In this document: one piece after another, positions 36,020 to 44,637 of the stretch
Position numbering within the stretch: the first letter of the stretch is position 1
Layout: the number at the start of each line of letters is the position of its first letter
IMG/VR virus record: IMGVR_UViG_3300020380_000908
Span: 1 to 45,519 of that record
Reading direction: 5' to 3' (one strand)
Length of the DNA: 45,519 nt
Source: a virus
Lineage: Duplodnaviria > Caudoviricetes
Translations under genes and position numbers: made by a program
Notes under the pieces: model-generated
Database searches by the model: none
The model's input: only the letters and a program-made list of their open reading frames with translations
Told to the model about the DNA's origin: nothing

Positions 36020-36772
36020 ATGCATGAAATATTGCCACTGTTTAAAACTCACTATAGTTTAGGCAGATCAATTTTAAATTTAAATATAGAAGATAATCAG
36101 CCCGATGAAGCTGATTCCGTATTTTCCATAGCTAGGGAGCAAGACTTGAAAGAGCTTGTGCTCGTTGAAGACACTATGACGGGGTTTTTGGAAGCGTATC
36201 ACAACTGCAAAGAAGCTGGCATTAAATTAGTATTTGGATTAAGAATGCGAGTATGTATAGATGCCCTTGAAAAGAATGAAGACTCTAGAAAGACTGAAAG
36301 TAAAATTATAGTCTTTCCCAAAAACATAGACGGATATAAAAACTTAATTAAAATATCTACATTTGCATCAAGGCAAGGATTTTATTATTACCCAAGAGTG
36401 GACTATAAAACTCTTAAAAGTTTTTGGAATGATAAAGATTTAAAATTAGTTATACCATTTTACGATTCTTACGTGTTCAATAACACCTTATACAATAACC
36501 TTTGTGTACCTGAATTAGATTTCACAGAACCAGTTTACTTTCTGGAAGACAATGACTTACCCTTCGATGAATTAGTAGCTAAAAAGATTAGTAATCTAAC
36601 TAGTAATATTCAAAAAGCGCAAAGTATATTTTATAGAAATAAAAAAGACTTTAAAGCGTATCTTACTTATAAATGTATTAATAATAGAAGTAGCTTAGAT
36701 AAACCAGAGCTTGATCACATGGCTAGTAACGAGTTTTGTGTGGAATCTTGGAGAGAAAAAAATAATGGATGA
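36020..36772 (+). CDS. Stand-alone PHP domain of DNA polymerase III alpha
   Basis: THYSL, ED.M.G, GIKLVFG, KN..GYKNLIKI.T, FYYYPRVD. Confidence 0.8.
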   Translation: MHEILPLFKTHYSLGRSILNLNIEDNQPDEADSVFSIAREQDLKELVLVEDTMTGFLEAYHNCKEAGIKLVFGLRMRVCIDALEKNEDSRKTESKIIVFPKNIDGYKNLIKISTFASRQGFYYYPRVDYKTLKSFWNDKDLKLVIPFYDSYVFNNTLYNNLCVPELDFTEPVYFLEDNDLPFDELVAKKISNLTSNIQKAQSIFYRNKKDFKAYLTYKCINNRSSLDKPELDHMASNEFCVESWREKNNG

Positions 36773-37403
36773 AGATTTTTTAAGATTTAGTAGAGATAAA
36801 GAGTACGTTTTTCTTGACTGCGAGACATTTAATTTATGCTTAAATTCTTGTCATAACTTACCTTGGCAGATAGCTATGATTAAGGTTAAAGGAGATGAAA
36901 TAATCTCTGAAAAAGATTACCATATAAAGTGGGATACTCATTTGTCAATAAGTGCAGATGCAGCTAGGATAACTAAATTTAATCCCAAACTATATGAGAA
37001 AAAAGCCTTACCCGTCGAAGAAGTATTTCCAACGATTAAAGATTGGTTAGATAAATGTGATTACTTAATAGGCCACAACTTTCTTGGGTTTGATCTTTAC
37101 CTCATTAAAGACCTTTACGCATACATGGGAGAATCTTACAAACCGTTAGTAAATAAAATTATTGATACAAATTGCCTTGCTCGCGGTATCAAAACAGACA
37201 ATAGATATACTCAAGACCAAAATTTACTTGAGTACCAATACAAAATGTACCACACAAGAGTTAAAGGAGTCAGAACTAATCTATCTTCTTTAGGTAAGGA
37301 GTATGAAATAGATCATGACTACGAAAAACTACATGACGCTCTAGTAGATTTACAATTAAATATTAAAGTCTGGAATAAAATTAAATGGCAGGTTGACTTA
37401 TGA
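36765..37403 (+). CDS. DEDDh 3'-5' exonuclease (DnaQ/epsilon-like)
   Basis: FLDCET, GHNFLGFD, IDT, LHDALVD; ATG at 36765. Confidence 0.85.
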   Translation: MDEDFLRFSRDKEYVFLDCETFNLCLNSCHNLPWQIAMIKVKGDEIISEKDYHIKWDTHLSISADAARITKFNPKLYEKKALPVEEVFPTIKDWLDKCDYLIGHNFLGFDLYLIKDLYAYMGESYKPLVNKIIDTNCLARGIKTDNRYTQDQNLLEYQYKMYHTRVKGVRTNLSSLGKEYEIDHDYEKLHDALVDLQLNIKVWNKIKWQVDL

Positions 37404-39937
37404 GTTTTGTTGAAGATTTCCAAGATATAAACCTCAATATGCACGGGGTAAGACTTCCGTCTTTTGAAGTCGCTTTGAAAGACAAAAGAAGCCTTGGCGT
37501 AAGCGAAGATATAGGTAATGAGGAATTCTTAAAAGCCCTTTGCGAAAAAGGTATGGAAGACCTTGGTTTGGAAGGAGAAAAGTATCAAGAAAGGTTTGAC
37601 TATGAGTTTAAAACTGTAAAAGAATTAGGATTTATAGATTATCTTTTATTGGTTTGGGAAGTGGTAAACTATTGTAAAAAGGAAGACATACCCACTGGAG
37701 TTGGCAGAGGCTCCGCCGCAGGATGTTTACTACTTTACTCTATGGGCGTTACTAAAATCGACCCAATTAAGTATGAGCTTTTCTTTGAAAGATTCATCTC
37801 TAAGATAAGAGCTAAAAAAACTATAGTAGATGGAATAACTTATTTAGATGGTTCTTTGATGATGGATGTAGATTTAGATATTTGTTACTACAACCGTCAA
37901 AAAGTTCTTCAATATTTGGAAGAAAAATTCGAAGGCAAAACTTCAAAAATCTCCACTCTCAACACCTTAAGCGGAAAACTTTGCATTAAAGAATGTGGCA
38001 AGGTTGCTGGTGCAAAAACAGAAGTGGAAATGAATAGGATTTCATCAATGATTCCTAAAGTTTTTGGTCAAGTTAAAGACCTGAAAGAAGCTTACGCTGA
38101 AGAAGAAGAATTCAGAAATTGGTGTGATGAAAATAGAGAAACTTATGATATTTCTTTAAAGATAAAAGGCTTAAATAAAAATAAGGGAGTTCACCCTTCA
38201 GCTATATCTTTATCTTACGAATCAATGGAAGATAGCTGCCCCACAGAACTTACTTCTGACAAAAAAAGCTTTGTGTCATCTTATGATATGAATTGGGTTT
38301 CTATGTTTAACGTAAAGTTAGATATTCTAGGGCTTAGGGCTGTATCAGTTGTTGATGATGTTTGCAAAAGCATTGGTATAGATGTTTCCGACGTTGATGT
38401 AGATAGTGATTTAATTTACGACAATCTACAAAACCTAAGAACTCCACATGGTCTTTTTCAAATAGAGGCTGAAACCAACTACAGGGTATGTCAAAAAGTT
38501 AAACCTAAGAACTTAGAGCAGTTAAGTGGCGTTCTAGCCTTGGCTAGACCGGGAGCTTTAGCTTTCGCTAATCAATACGCTGAATACGTTAATGATGGTA
38601 AATACGAAGCCATCCACCCGTTCTTCGACGACATCCTTTCCTCGACAGGTGGTGTGGCTTTATACCAAGAGCAACTTATGAAAATGGCTCATAAAATAGG
38701 ATTCACTCTTGATGAGTCTGAAATCTTAAGAAGGATTGTGGGCAAAAAGAAAGTTTCTGAAGTACGTAAATGGAAAAAGAAAATTAAAGATAAGGTAAAA
38801 CAAAATAATTTAGATGAAGAAATAGGAGATATTCTTTGGGGTGTTTTAGAGGATTCAGCTAATTATTCTTTTAATAAGTCTCACTCTATTTCTTATGCCA
38901 TGCTGGCAGCTATTACTATTTATCTGAAGTTTAAGTACCCAAAACAGTTTTTCTTGAGTTTATTGAAAATGACTCGTCATGAGCCAGACCCAATTCAAGA
39001 AATATCAAAAATACAAAGAGAAATGCATAATTTTGGGGTAAAACTTTTGCCCCCTCACATTATTAAATCTCAAATGGATTTCTCAGTAGAAGGTGATGAT
39101 ATAAGATTTGGATTATTATCTATCAAAGGAATATCTGAAAAGTCTATTGAAAAATTAAATAATTTTAAAGATAATTACTCTACAAAATTTGAAGTTTTCG
39201 AGGGAGCTAAAGAGTCTGGTTTAACTATTGGGATTCTATCAGCATTGATACAGGCTGGAACATTTCAGGGCTTTCAGATGTCTAGAAGCAAAATTGTCTA
39301 CGAAGGTCAACTTTGGAACATCTTACTCAAGAAAGAAAAAGCTACTGCCTTAAAGCTAGGTGAAAAATTCGACTACGACCTAGTTAAGATAGTAAAACAT
39401 ATGTGCGGCATGAAAAATGATAATGGTAAACCAATTATAAAAGAAAGCAGACTACAAACCATTAAAAAACGCACGGATGCCTACAAAGAAATTTACCACA
39501 AGAATAATAGCTCGGAGTCATTTGCTAATTGGTTTTATGAAAACACCTTACTTGGCTACACCTATGGTAAAAGGTTAATTGACATTTTTCGTGAAAAAAC
39601 AAACGGGTTAATGAGTGTCGCCTCCTGTGAGGAAGCAGAAGTAGATGAAACCGTGGCTTTCGTTGGTACTATCGAAGATAAGCCCTACTTTGGTAAGTCT
39701 AGAAATGATAACGAATACATGAAAGTCTTTGTTAAAGATGAAACTGCTGCCATAAAAGTTATGATCTTTAATAATAAGTTAGCTAAAATGATTACGGAAA
39801 ACGGCAGCAAGCACCCAGAGCAAGGCAATATAGTAATTGTCAGAGGCGTCAAGAAAGATGAGGTAGTATTCGCTGACCAAATAGCCATTCAAACTAATAA
39901 AATATACACCAAGCTTTCAGACCTTAAAAGTGCTTGA
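37400..39937 (+). CDS. dnaE: DNA polymerase III alpha catalytic subunit (PHP-less)
   Basis: GRGSAAG, FERF, DVDLD, GVHPS, KLDILGL, FQ.E, RPG, YQEQ.M, YSFNKSHS..Y, IRFGL..IKG, C-terminal OB fold. Confidence 0.95.
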   Translation: MSFVEDFQDINLNMHGVRLPSFEVALKDKRSLGVSEDIGNEEFLKALCEKGMEDLGLEGEKYQERFDYEFKTVKELGFIDYLLLVWEVVNYCKKEDIPTGVGRGSAAGCLLLYSMGVTKIDPIKYELFFERFISKIRAKKTIVDGITYLDGSLMMDVDLDICYYNRQKVLQYLEEKFEGKTSKISTLNTLSGKLCIKECGKVAGAKTEVEMNRISSMIPKVFGQVKDLKEAYAEEEEFRNWCDENRETYDISLKIKGLNKNKGVHPSAISLSYESMEDSCPTELTSDKKSFVSSYDMNWVSMFNVKLDILGLRAVSVVDDVCKSIGIDVSDVDVDSDLIYDNLQNLRTPHGLFQIEAETNYRVCQKVKPKNLEQLSGVLALARPGALAFANQYAEYVNDGKYEAIHPFFDDILSSTGGVALYQEQLMKMAHKIGFTLDESEILRRIVGKKKVSEVRKWKKKIKDKVKQNNLDEEIGDILWGVLEDSANYSFNKSHSISYAMLAAITIYLKFKYPKQFFLSLLKMTRHEPDPIQEISKIQREMHNFGVKLLPPHIIKSQMDFSVEGDDIRFGLLSIKGISEKSIEKLNNFKDNYSTKFEVFEGAKESGLTIGILSALIQAGTFQGFQMSRSKIVYEGQLWNILLKKEKATALKLGEKFDYDLVKIVKHMCGMKNDNGKPIIKESRLQTIKKRTDAYKEIYHKNNSSESFANWFYENTLLGYTYGKRLIDIFREKTNGLMSVASCEEAEVDETVAFVGTIEDKPYFGKSRNDNEYMKVFVKDETAAIKVMIFNNKLAKMITENGSKHPEQGNIVIVRGVKKDEVVFADQIAIQTNKIYTKLSDLKSA

Positions 39938-39961
39938 CATTTTAAAAAAAACAAGTAACAT
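39934..39961 (+). promoter_or_regulatory. Sigma70-type promoter
   Basis: TTGACA-16-TAACAT; ATG 6 nt downstream. Confidence 0.7.
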
Positions 39962-39967
39962 ATACTT

Positions 39968-40555
39968 ATGATTAGTTTTTACAAACCTACCCCGAAAGTT
40001 ACAGGCACAGCCTTGTCCTTCTATCTCAACAAAAGAGACAATGCATTTTTTTCAGAGCTACTCAAGCAAGCTTCTTGGGATGCTAGCACTAGAAGGGCAA
40101 ATTTTCTTTCAAACAAAAAAGTAGAAGGTAAAAATGTTAATATTAAATTTAGCCAAGCCGAAATTGCTTCTTTCATAGATGCAATGGAAAGGAATGTTGA
40201 ATTTACTGGTTACCACGGAAGTAATCAGGTAGTAAAATTTTCTTTTGGCCCATACACACCCAAAACCAAAGATGAGCAGGGAAACTGGGTGGAAGGAACA
40301 GTGCAAAAGGGCTACTCCTTCAGAGTAACAAGAGAATCTAAAGAAGACTCCACAAATAAAGCTGGATTTCTTATTGGCTTAGATTATGGAGAAGCCCTCT
40401 TACTCAAAGAACATCTCAAGTACCTACTTCAACAAAGCTTTGAGATTGCAGATACAAGGTTGGAAGAAAAATTCAAAAACAACTATAAACAACAAAACAC
40501 TCCTCAACAACAAGACTCCCAGCCTATTGAAGTTGAAGAAGATGATCTGTGGTAA
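39968..40555 (+). CDS. Putative ssDNA-binding protein, Whirly/PC4-like fold
   Basis: Motif spacing resembles Whirly; acidic-aromatic tail EVEEDDLW; replication-cluster context. Confidence 0.55.
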   Translation: MISFYKPTPKVTGTALSFYLNKRDNAFFSELLKQASWDASTRRANFLSNKKVEGKNVNIKFSQAEIASFIDAMERNVEFTGYHGSNQVVKFSFGPYTPKTKDEQGNWVEGTVQKGYSFRVTRESKEDSTNKAGFLIGLDYGEALLLKEHLKYLLQQSFEIADTRLEEKFKNNYKQQNTPQQQDSQPIEVEEDDLW

Positions 40556-40558
40556 AAT

Positions 40559-41260
40559 ATGAAACTCAAAAAAATTAAAAGAAATGACAATGGCCTAATC
40601 TCTGGCAGTTCAGTTGATTATGTTTACAATGAAGATGGTTTTGTTGATTGGAGGAAGATGGTCAAGACTGATCACCTTGTCCCAAACAAGCAAAAAACAT
40701 CAGAGACAGATGTATCTAAGCTTGAAGACCATCAGTTAATTATTCTTCTGGCTGGCATTAAAGAGCTTGCTCAAATCAGAGGCTATACCAATGTCAGATA
40801 TGAAGTCACTAGCCCATCTCCAGAATATGTTGTTGCAACTTGCAGTATTGATTGGATTCCAAACTATGAGACAGAGGATCGCGCCGTAACGTTTTCGGCA
40901 ATAGGTGATGCCTCTCCACATAACACCCAGAGTTTTGCTAAGTTTTTCTTGGGGCCAATAGCAGAAAACAGAGCGTTTGTACGCTGTGTAAGAAACTTTT
41001 TGAAGATTAACATTGTTGGTCAGGATGAGCTTGGTCAAGCAAAGATAGCTTCTGATCCACATGATCAACCAGAAACACAAGCTAGTCCAGTTTCCCTGCT
41101 GAAGAACACCATGAAAGAGAAAGGGGTTACATTTGACAAGCTAAAAGCTCGGCTAGAAGCCGAGAAGTATGAGAAGGTTGATAAAATCAACACCCTAGAA
41201 GATATCCCAAAGGTTAAAATTTTTGAACTAATTGAAAGACTGAAGAAGATAAAGAAATAA
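40559..41260 (+). CDS. Putative single-strand annealing protein (Rad52/Sak-like)
   Basis: V.ATC.I...F...GDA...N....AE.RA..R..R pattern; lies next to the SSB-like gene. Confidence 0.5.
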   Translation: MKLKKIKRNDNGLISGSSVDYVYNEDGFVDWRKMVKTDHLVPNKQKTSETDVSKLEDHQLIILLAGIKELAQIRGYTNVRYEVTSPSPEYVVATCSIDWIPNYETEDRAVTFSAIGDASPHNTQSFAKFFLGPIAENRAFVRCVRNFLKINIVGQDELGQAKIASDPHDQPETQASPVSLLKNTMKEKGVTFDKLKARLEAEKYEKVDKINTLEDIPKVKIFELIERLKKIKK

Positions 41261-42084
41261 TGAATGAGTTGAATGGCAACCATATTACAGTAAATTATCT
41301 TAATCAATATTTTGAAAATGAAGCAAGAATGTTCATTGAACATTATGATAAAGAAGATTACAAAGATACTGTATTCGTTTTAGGAACAAATGTTTTTAGC
41401 TCTATTTCTTCTTTAGAAGAATCTCATAAAAATAAAAAAATAATTATCTGGCAAGCTGAACAACTTTTTGTTGAAGAAAACCCCACTTACCCTAGTTTTC
41501 ATAATCCATACAGAATATCTGAAACACTCAAGGGTCTTGATAAAAGTAGCGGTCACGAAATATGGGACGTAGATTACATGAACGCCGCCTTTTTGGCCGC
41601 AGAGGGCGTCTCAGTCGATAAGGTAGCTCCCGTTAAATTTACTGAATCTCTAAGAGAGCTAAACACTCTTCGCGGTCAAGAAGAAATAGATGTACTTTTT
41701 TGTGGCAATGTAAACGCTAGAAGGGCAAATGTTTTTAACACACTATGTTACGAGCTTTTTTATGAAAACGTAAATATGGTTTTTAATTTCAACATGAATC
41801 TTCAAACCCAAAAGAAATATATAGAAAAATCTAAAATTATTTTAAATATTCATCATACGGGTCAATACAACAGGCAAGAACAGCCTAGGATTTTTTATCC
41901 TCTTATAAACAAAAAGTGCGTGTTAAGCGAAACTAGCCAACACAATTATTTTGGAGAAGCTATTGTAGAATCTGATATATCCAATATGCGTAATGCAATA
42001 CTGGCCTTAATACAAGACGATAACTACATAAAGCAAGGAGAAAGAGGTTTTCAAATTTTTAAAGAAAAAGGAGCAATTTATTAA
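41260..42084 (+). CDS. Glycosyltransferase-like protein (GT-B C-terminal type)
   Basis: IDVLFCG.VN.RR, SKIILNIH, E.PRI....N.K.VLSE. Confidence 0.6.
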   Translation: MNELNGNHITVNYLNQYFENEARMFIEHYDKEDYKDTVFVLGTNVFSSISSLEESHKNKKIIIWQAEQLFVEENPTYPSFHNPYRISETLKGLDKSSGHEIWDVDYMNAAFLAAEGVSVDKVAPVKFTESLRELNTLRGQEEIDVLFCGNVNARRANVFNTLCYELFYENVNMVFNFNMNLQTQKKYIEKSKIILNIHHTGQYNRQEQPRIFYPLINKKCVLSETSQHNYFGEAIVESDISNMRNAILALIQDDNYIKQGERGFQIFKEKGAIY

Positions 42085-42086
42085 AT

Positions 42087-42305
42087 TTAACCGAACATTG
42101 AATCTCTTTTAGTGATTTCTTTTAAGAGTTCTTTTTTTATTTTCAAAGCGGCCATCGCTCCGTATCTGCCAACTTTTTGTTCGTGAGGATTAGTTTTATT
42201 TTTAAGCATAAGATTATATTCGTTAATTACTTCATTAACGATATCTAAAACTTTTTCAGTTGGCAAATAAGGGACTTTCATACACAATCCCTGTTCCTTG
42301 TTCAT
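42087..42305 (-). CDS. Hypothetical protein
   Basis: GTGTAAT motif 8 nt upstream of the ATG. Confidence 0.55.
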   Translation of the reverse strand: MNKEQGLCMKVPYLPTEKVLDIVNEVINEYNLMLKNKTNPHEQKVGRYGAMAALKIKKELLKEITKRDSMFG

Positions 42306-42325
42306 GTATAAAGATTACACTGATT

Positions 42326-42514
42326 TTATTTAATTTCATAATTAATTCTTCTGTCAGGTATAAAGCCTTCTTCGTATAAATAATTAATAATATCTAAAGC
42401 TTCCCATGAAGTAGCATCTGGTTTGAGTATCCAGACTTCGCTATCTTTCCAATTTTCTTCTTCATAATTAAGAACGATTGGGATTTTGTTTATTATTAAA
42501 TCGATTTGTTTCAT
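42326..42514 (-). CDS. Small hypothetical protein (YLYEEGFI motif; paralog of 4584..4763)
   Basis: ATG at 42514 (MKQIDL) preferred. Confidence 0.6.
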   Translation of the reverse strand: MKQIDLIINKIPIVLNYEEENWKDSEVWILKPDATSWEALDIINYLYEEGFIPDRRINYEIK

Positions 42515-42515
42515 T

Positions 42516-44636
42516 TTATAAATCCGCTTCGCAAGCACCGCAGTTTATATGAATATCATTGTTATCTTCTATCGTAAGGTTAACTGCTCCGGGAACATCG
42601 GCGCTATCAAGTACATCGCCGGGGCTATAGCTAGTTCCAGTGGATGATCCATAGTAAGCTACAAATCTTACGCATATTTTATTACAACTGTTATTTATTT
42701 CTTTAACCTTTATGGCTCTGTTGGTATTAGTTGTAGTAGCTGTAGTATCACCGTCATTTCCATAAGCAAACGACACGGTTCCATCTCCTCCGCAGTAAGT
42801 TATTGCATATACATCAGTGCCACAATTACAGCAGGGATCAGGAGTGGTTGTAGGATCAGGAGTGGTGGTATTGTCGGCTGTATCTTGAGTTGTAGTTGTA
42901 GGCGCAGCAGTTGTAGTTGTGCAAGAACAGCAAGAACAATCCCCAGAATCATCTAAGTAAGGAAACATAGCTGCTTGAGCAGGAGCGCAAGTAGTAGTGG
43001 TAGAGGTGGTAGTAGTTGTGGCGCAGCCATCAGTACAGCATGAATCATGCGAACTTTTACGATGCCAAAAACCGCCATCACAAGGGTCTTCTGATCCAGC
43101 GTTAGTCGAACCATCGGTCCAAATGTAAGCCCGACAACCGTTTCCATCGTCGCAGTCTCGGCATACAATTGAATTCAGACCATAACTACCCGGACTCCAA
43201 TCTACCGGATTGGAGACACTACAATCAGGTGTAGTGGTTGTAGGTGCAGCAGTAGTACTAGTAGTGGTGCTAGTGGTAGTGCTAGTAGTGGTGCTAGTGG
43301 TGGTACTGGTAGTGGTACTAGTAGTACTGGTTGTTGTATTTTCTGATTCTGAAGCGCCCTCCGAAATATTAACTAAGTGTGTAGTACCTCCGGGGTTTCC
43401 TGACGGCAGCGTTATTGCAGAATTGCCATATTGTGATGACGGATTGGACAGAGTAATAATAAAAGTTTGCCCATCGTCATGAATAGTATCTCCAATTATA
43501 GTTACGGATATACTATTCGTGGCTTGACCATCGTTAAAACTCAAAGTTCCGCTTGTTGCTACATAGTCCGGGTTCGATCCGGATGACGTAGCTGTAACAT
43601 CGCTTGTAGCGTAATCTATAGTCGCAGTACCGTTGGTATCACTTCTGGTAACATCTACTGAGTGTGTAGATGTGCCTGAATCACCTTCTGGCGCATTACT
43701 ACTAGAACTACTAAATGAAAAGTTTGATGTATCATCGTTAGTAATGGTAACTACGTGGGGGTTTGTTCCGGTTATGGAAACAGAACCTAGTGTTTGAGTT
43801 GGGTTAGATAAAGTTACATTAAATCCTTCGTTATTTTCATTCAGGGTGTCTCCAGTGATAGTTATAGATATGGTTTGAGAAGTAACGCCGGGACCAAAGC
43901 TTAAAGTTCCGCTTGTTGCTGTGTAGTCAGAGCCAGCTGTAGCTGTACCATTACTCGTAGCGTAATCTACAGTCGCAGTTCCACTGGCGTATCCAGCACG
44001 GTTAACAGTAATAGTGTGAACTGATGTTCCTGAGTTTCCTTCTGTTATAGAAGAAGTTCCTGACGCAAAAGATAAGGTTGTGCTACAGTTACTACTACAG
44101 CATGAATCATGCGAACTTTTTCGATGCCAATAACCGCCATCGCAAGGGTTGCCGCTAGAATTAAATAAACCATCAGTCCAAGTATAAGCTTGGCAACCAC
44201 TTCCGCAGTCGTGGCATACAATTGCACCCACGCCATAAGAACCCCCAGCCCAATCGCCAATGAAATTATAACTACAATTAGGTGTAGTGGTGGTTGGTTC
44301 CGATGTGGTAGTTGTCGTGCTAGTCGTCGTGCTAGTTGTGGTACTAGTAGTTGTGCTAGTTGTCGTGCTAGTTGTGGTGCTAGTTGTGGTGCTAGTCGTC
44401 GTGCTAGTTGTAGTACTAGTGGTGGTGCTAGTTGTCGTGCTAGTTGTGGTACTAGTAGTGGTGCTAGTTGTCGTGCTAGTTGTGGTACTAGTAGTGGTGC
44501 TAGTTGTCGTGCTAGTTGTGGTGCTAGTCGTCGTGCTAGTTGTTGTAGTGGTAGGGTCGGGGGTAGTGGTTGTTGTGCTACTAGTGGTCGTACTACTAGT
44601 TGTTGTACTACTAGTTGTTGTGCTAGTTGTGCTCAT
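42516..44636 (-). CDS. Thr-rich mucin-like protein with two Calx-beta domains and two Cys-rich repeats; probable virion surface protein
   Basis: (TTTS)n tracts; two TV.R......TVDYAT...TA..G.DY.ATSGTLSF...D...E/D..F...LSNP domains; two DW..GSY....IVC...CDGG.WHRKSSHDSCC modules. Confidence 0.8.
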   Translation of the reverse strand: MSTTSTTTSSTTTSSTTTSSTTTTTPDPTTTTTSTTTSTTTSTTTSTTTSTTTSTTTSTTTSTTTSTTTSTTTSTTTSTTTSTTTSTTTSTTTSTTTSTTTSTTTSTTTTTSEPTTTTPNCSYNFIGDWAGGSYGVGAIVCHDCGSGCQAYTWTDGLFNSSGNPCDGGYWHRKSSHDSCCSSNCSTTLSFASGTSSITEGNSGTSVHTITVNRAGYASGTATVDYATSNGTATAGSDYTATSGTLSFGPGVTSQTISITITGDTLNENNEGFNVTLSNPTQTLGSVSITGTNPHVVTITNDDTSNFSFSSSSSNAPEGDSGTSTHSVDVTRSDTNGTATIDYATSDVTATSSGSNPDYVATSGTLSFNDGQATNSISVTIIGDTIHDDGQTFIITLSNPSSQYGNSAITLPSGNPGGTTHLVNISEGASESENTTTSTTSTTTSTTTSTTTSTTTSTTTSTTAAPTTTTPDCSVSNPVDWSPGSYGLNSIVCRDCDDGNGCRAYIWTDGSTNAGSEDPCDGGFWHRKSSHDSCCTDGCATTTTTSTTTTCAPAQAAMFPYLDDSGDCSCCSCTTTTAAPTTTTQDTADNTTTPDPTTTPDPCCNCGTDVYAITYCGGDGTVSFAYGNDGDTTATTTNTNRAIKVKEINNSCNKICVRFVAYYGSSTGTSYSPGDVLDSADVPGAVNLTIEDNNDIHINCGACEADL
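44286..44633 (-). repeat. Degenerate 12-bp tandem repeat encoding (TTTS)n
   Basis: GTGCTAGTTGTC/GTGCTAGTTGTG-type units; a shorter copy lies at about 43230-43340. Confidence 0.9.
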
Positions 44637-44637
44637 T

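Noticed and set aside
19161-39937. Inteins or introns in nrdA, recA, dnaB or dnaE
   Set aside because: Lengths are normal, and no C...HN splice motifs or LAGLIDADG blocks were seen.
1239-41343. Many short ORF-track entries antisense to or nested in well-supported genes (e.g. 1239..1445, 2995..3258, 7789..8079, 21006..21341, 21595..22029, 28621..28893, 31416..31772, 40736..41080)
   Set aside because: They overlap recognisable genes and have no motifs or expression signals.
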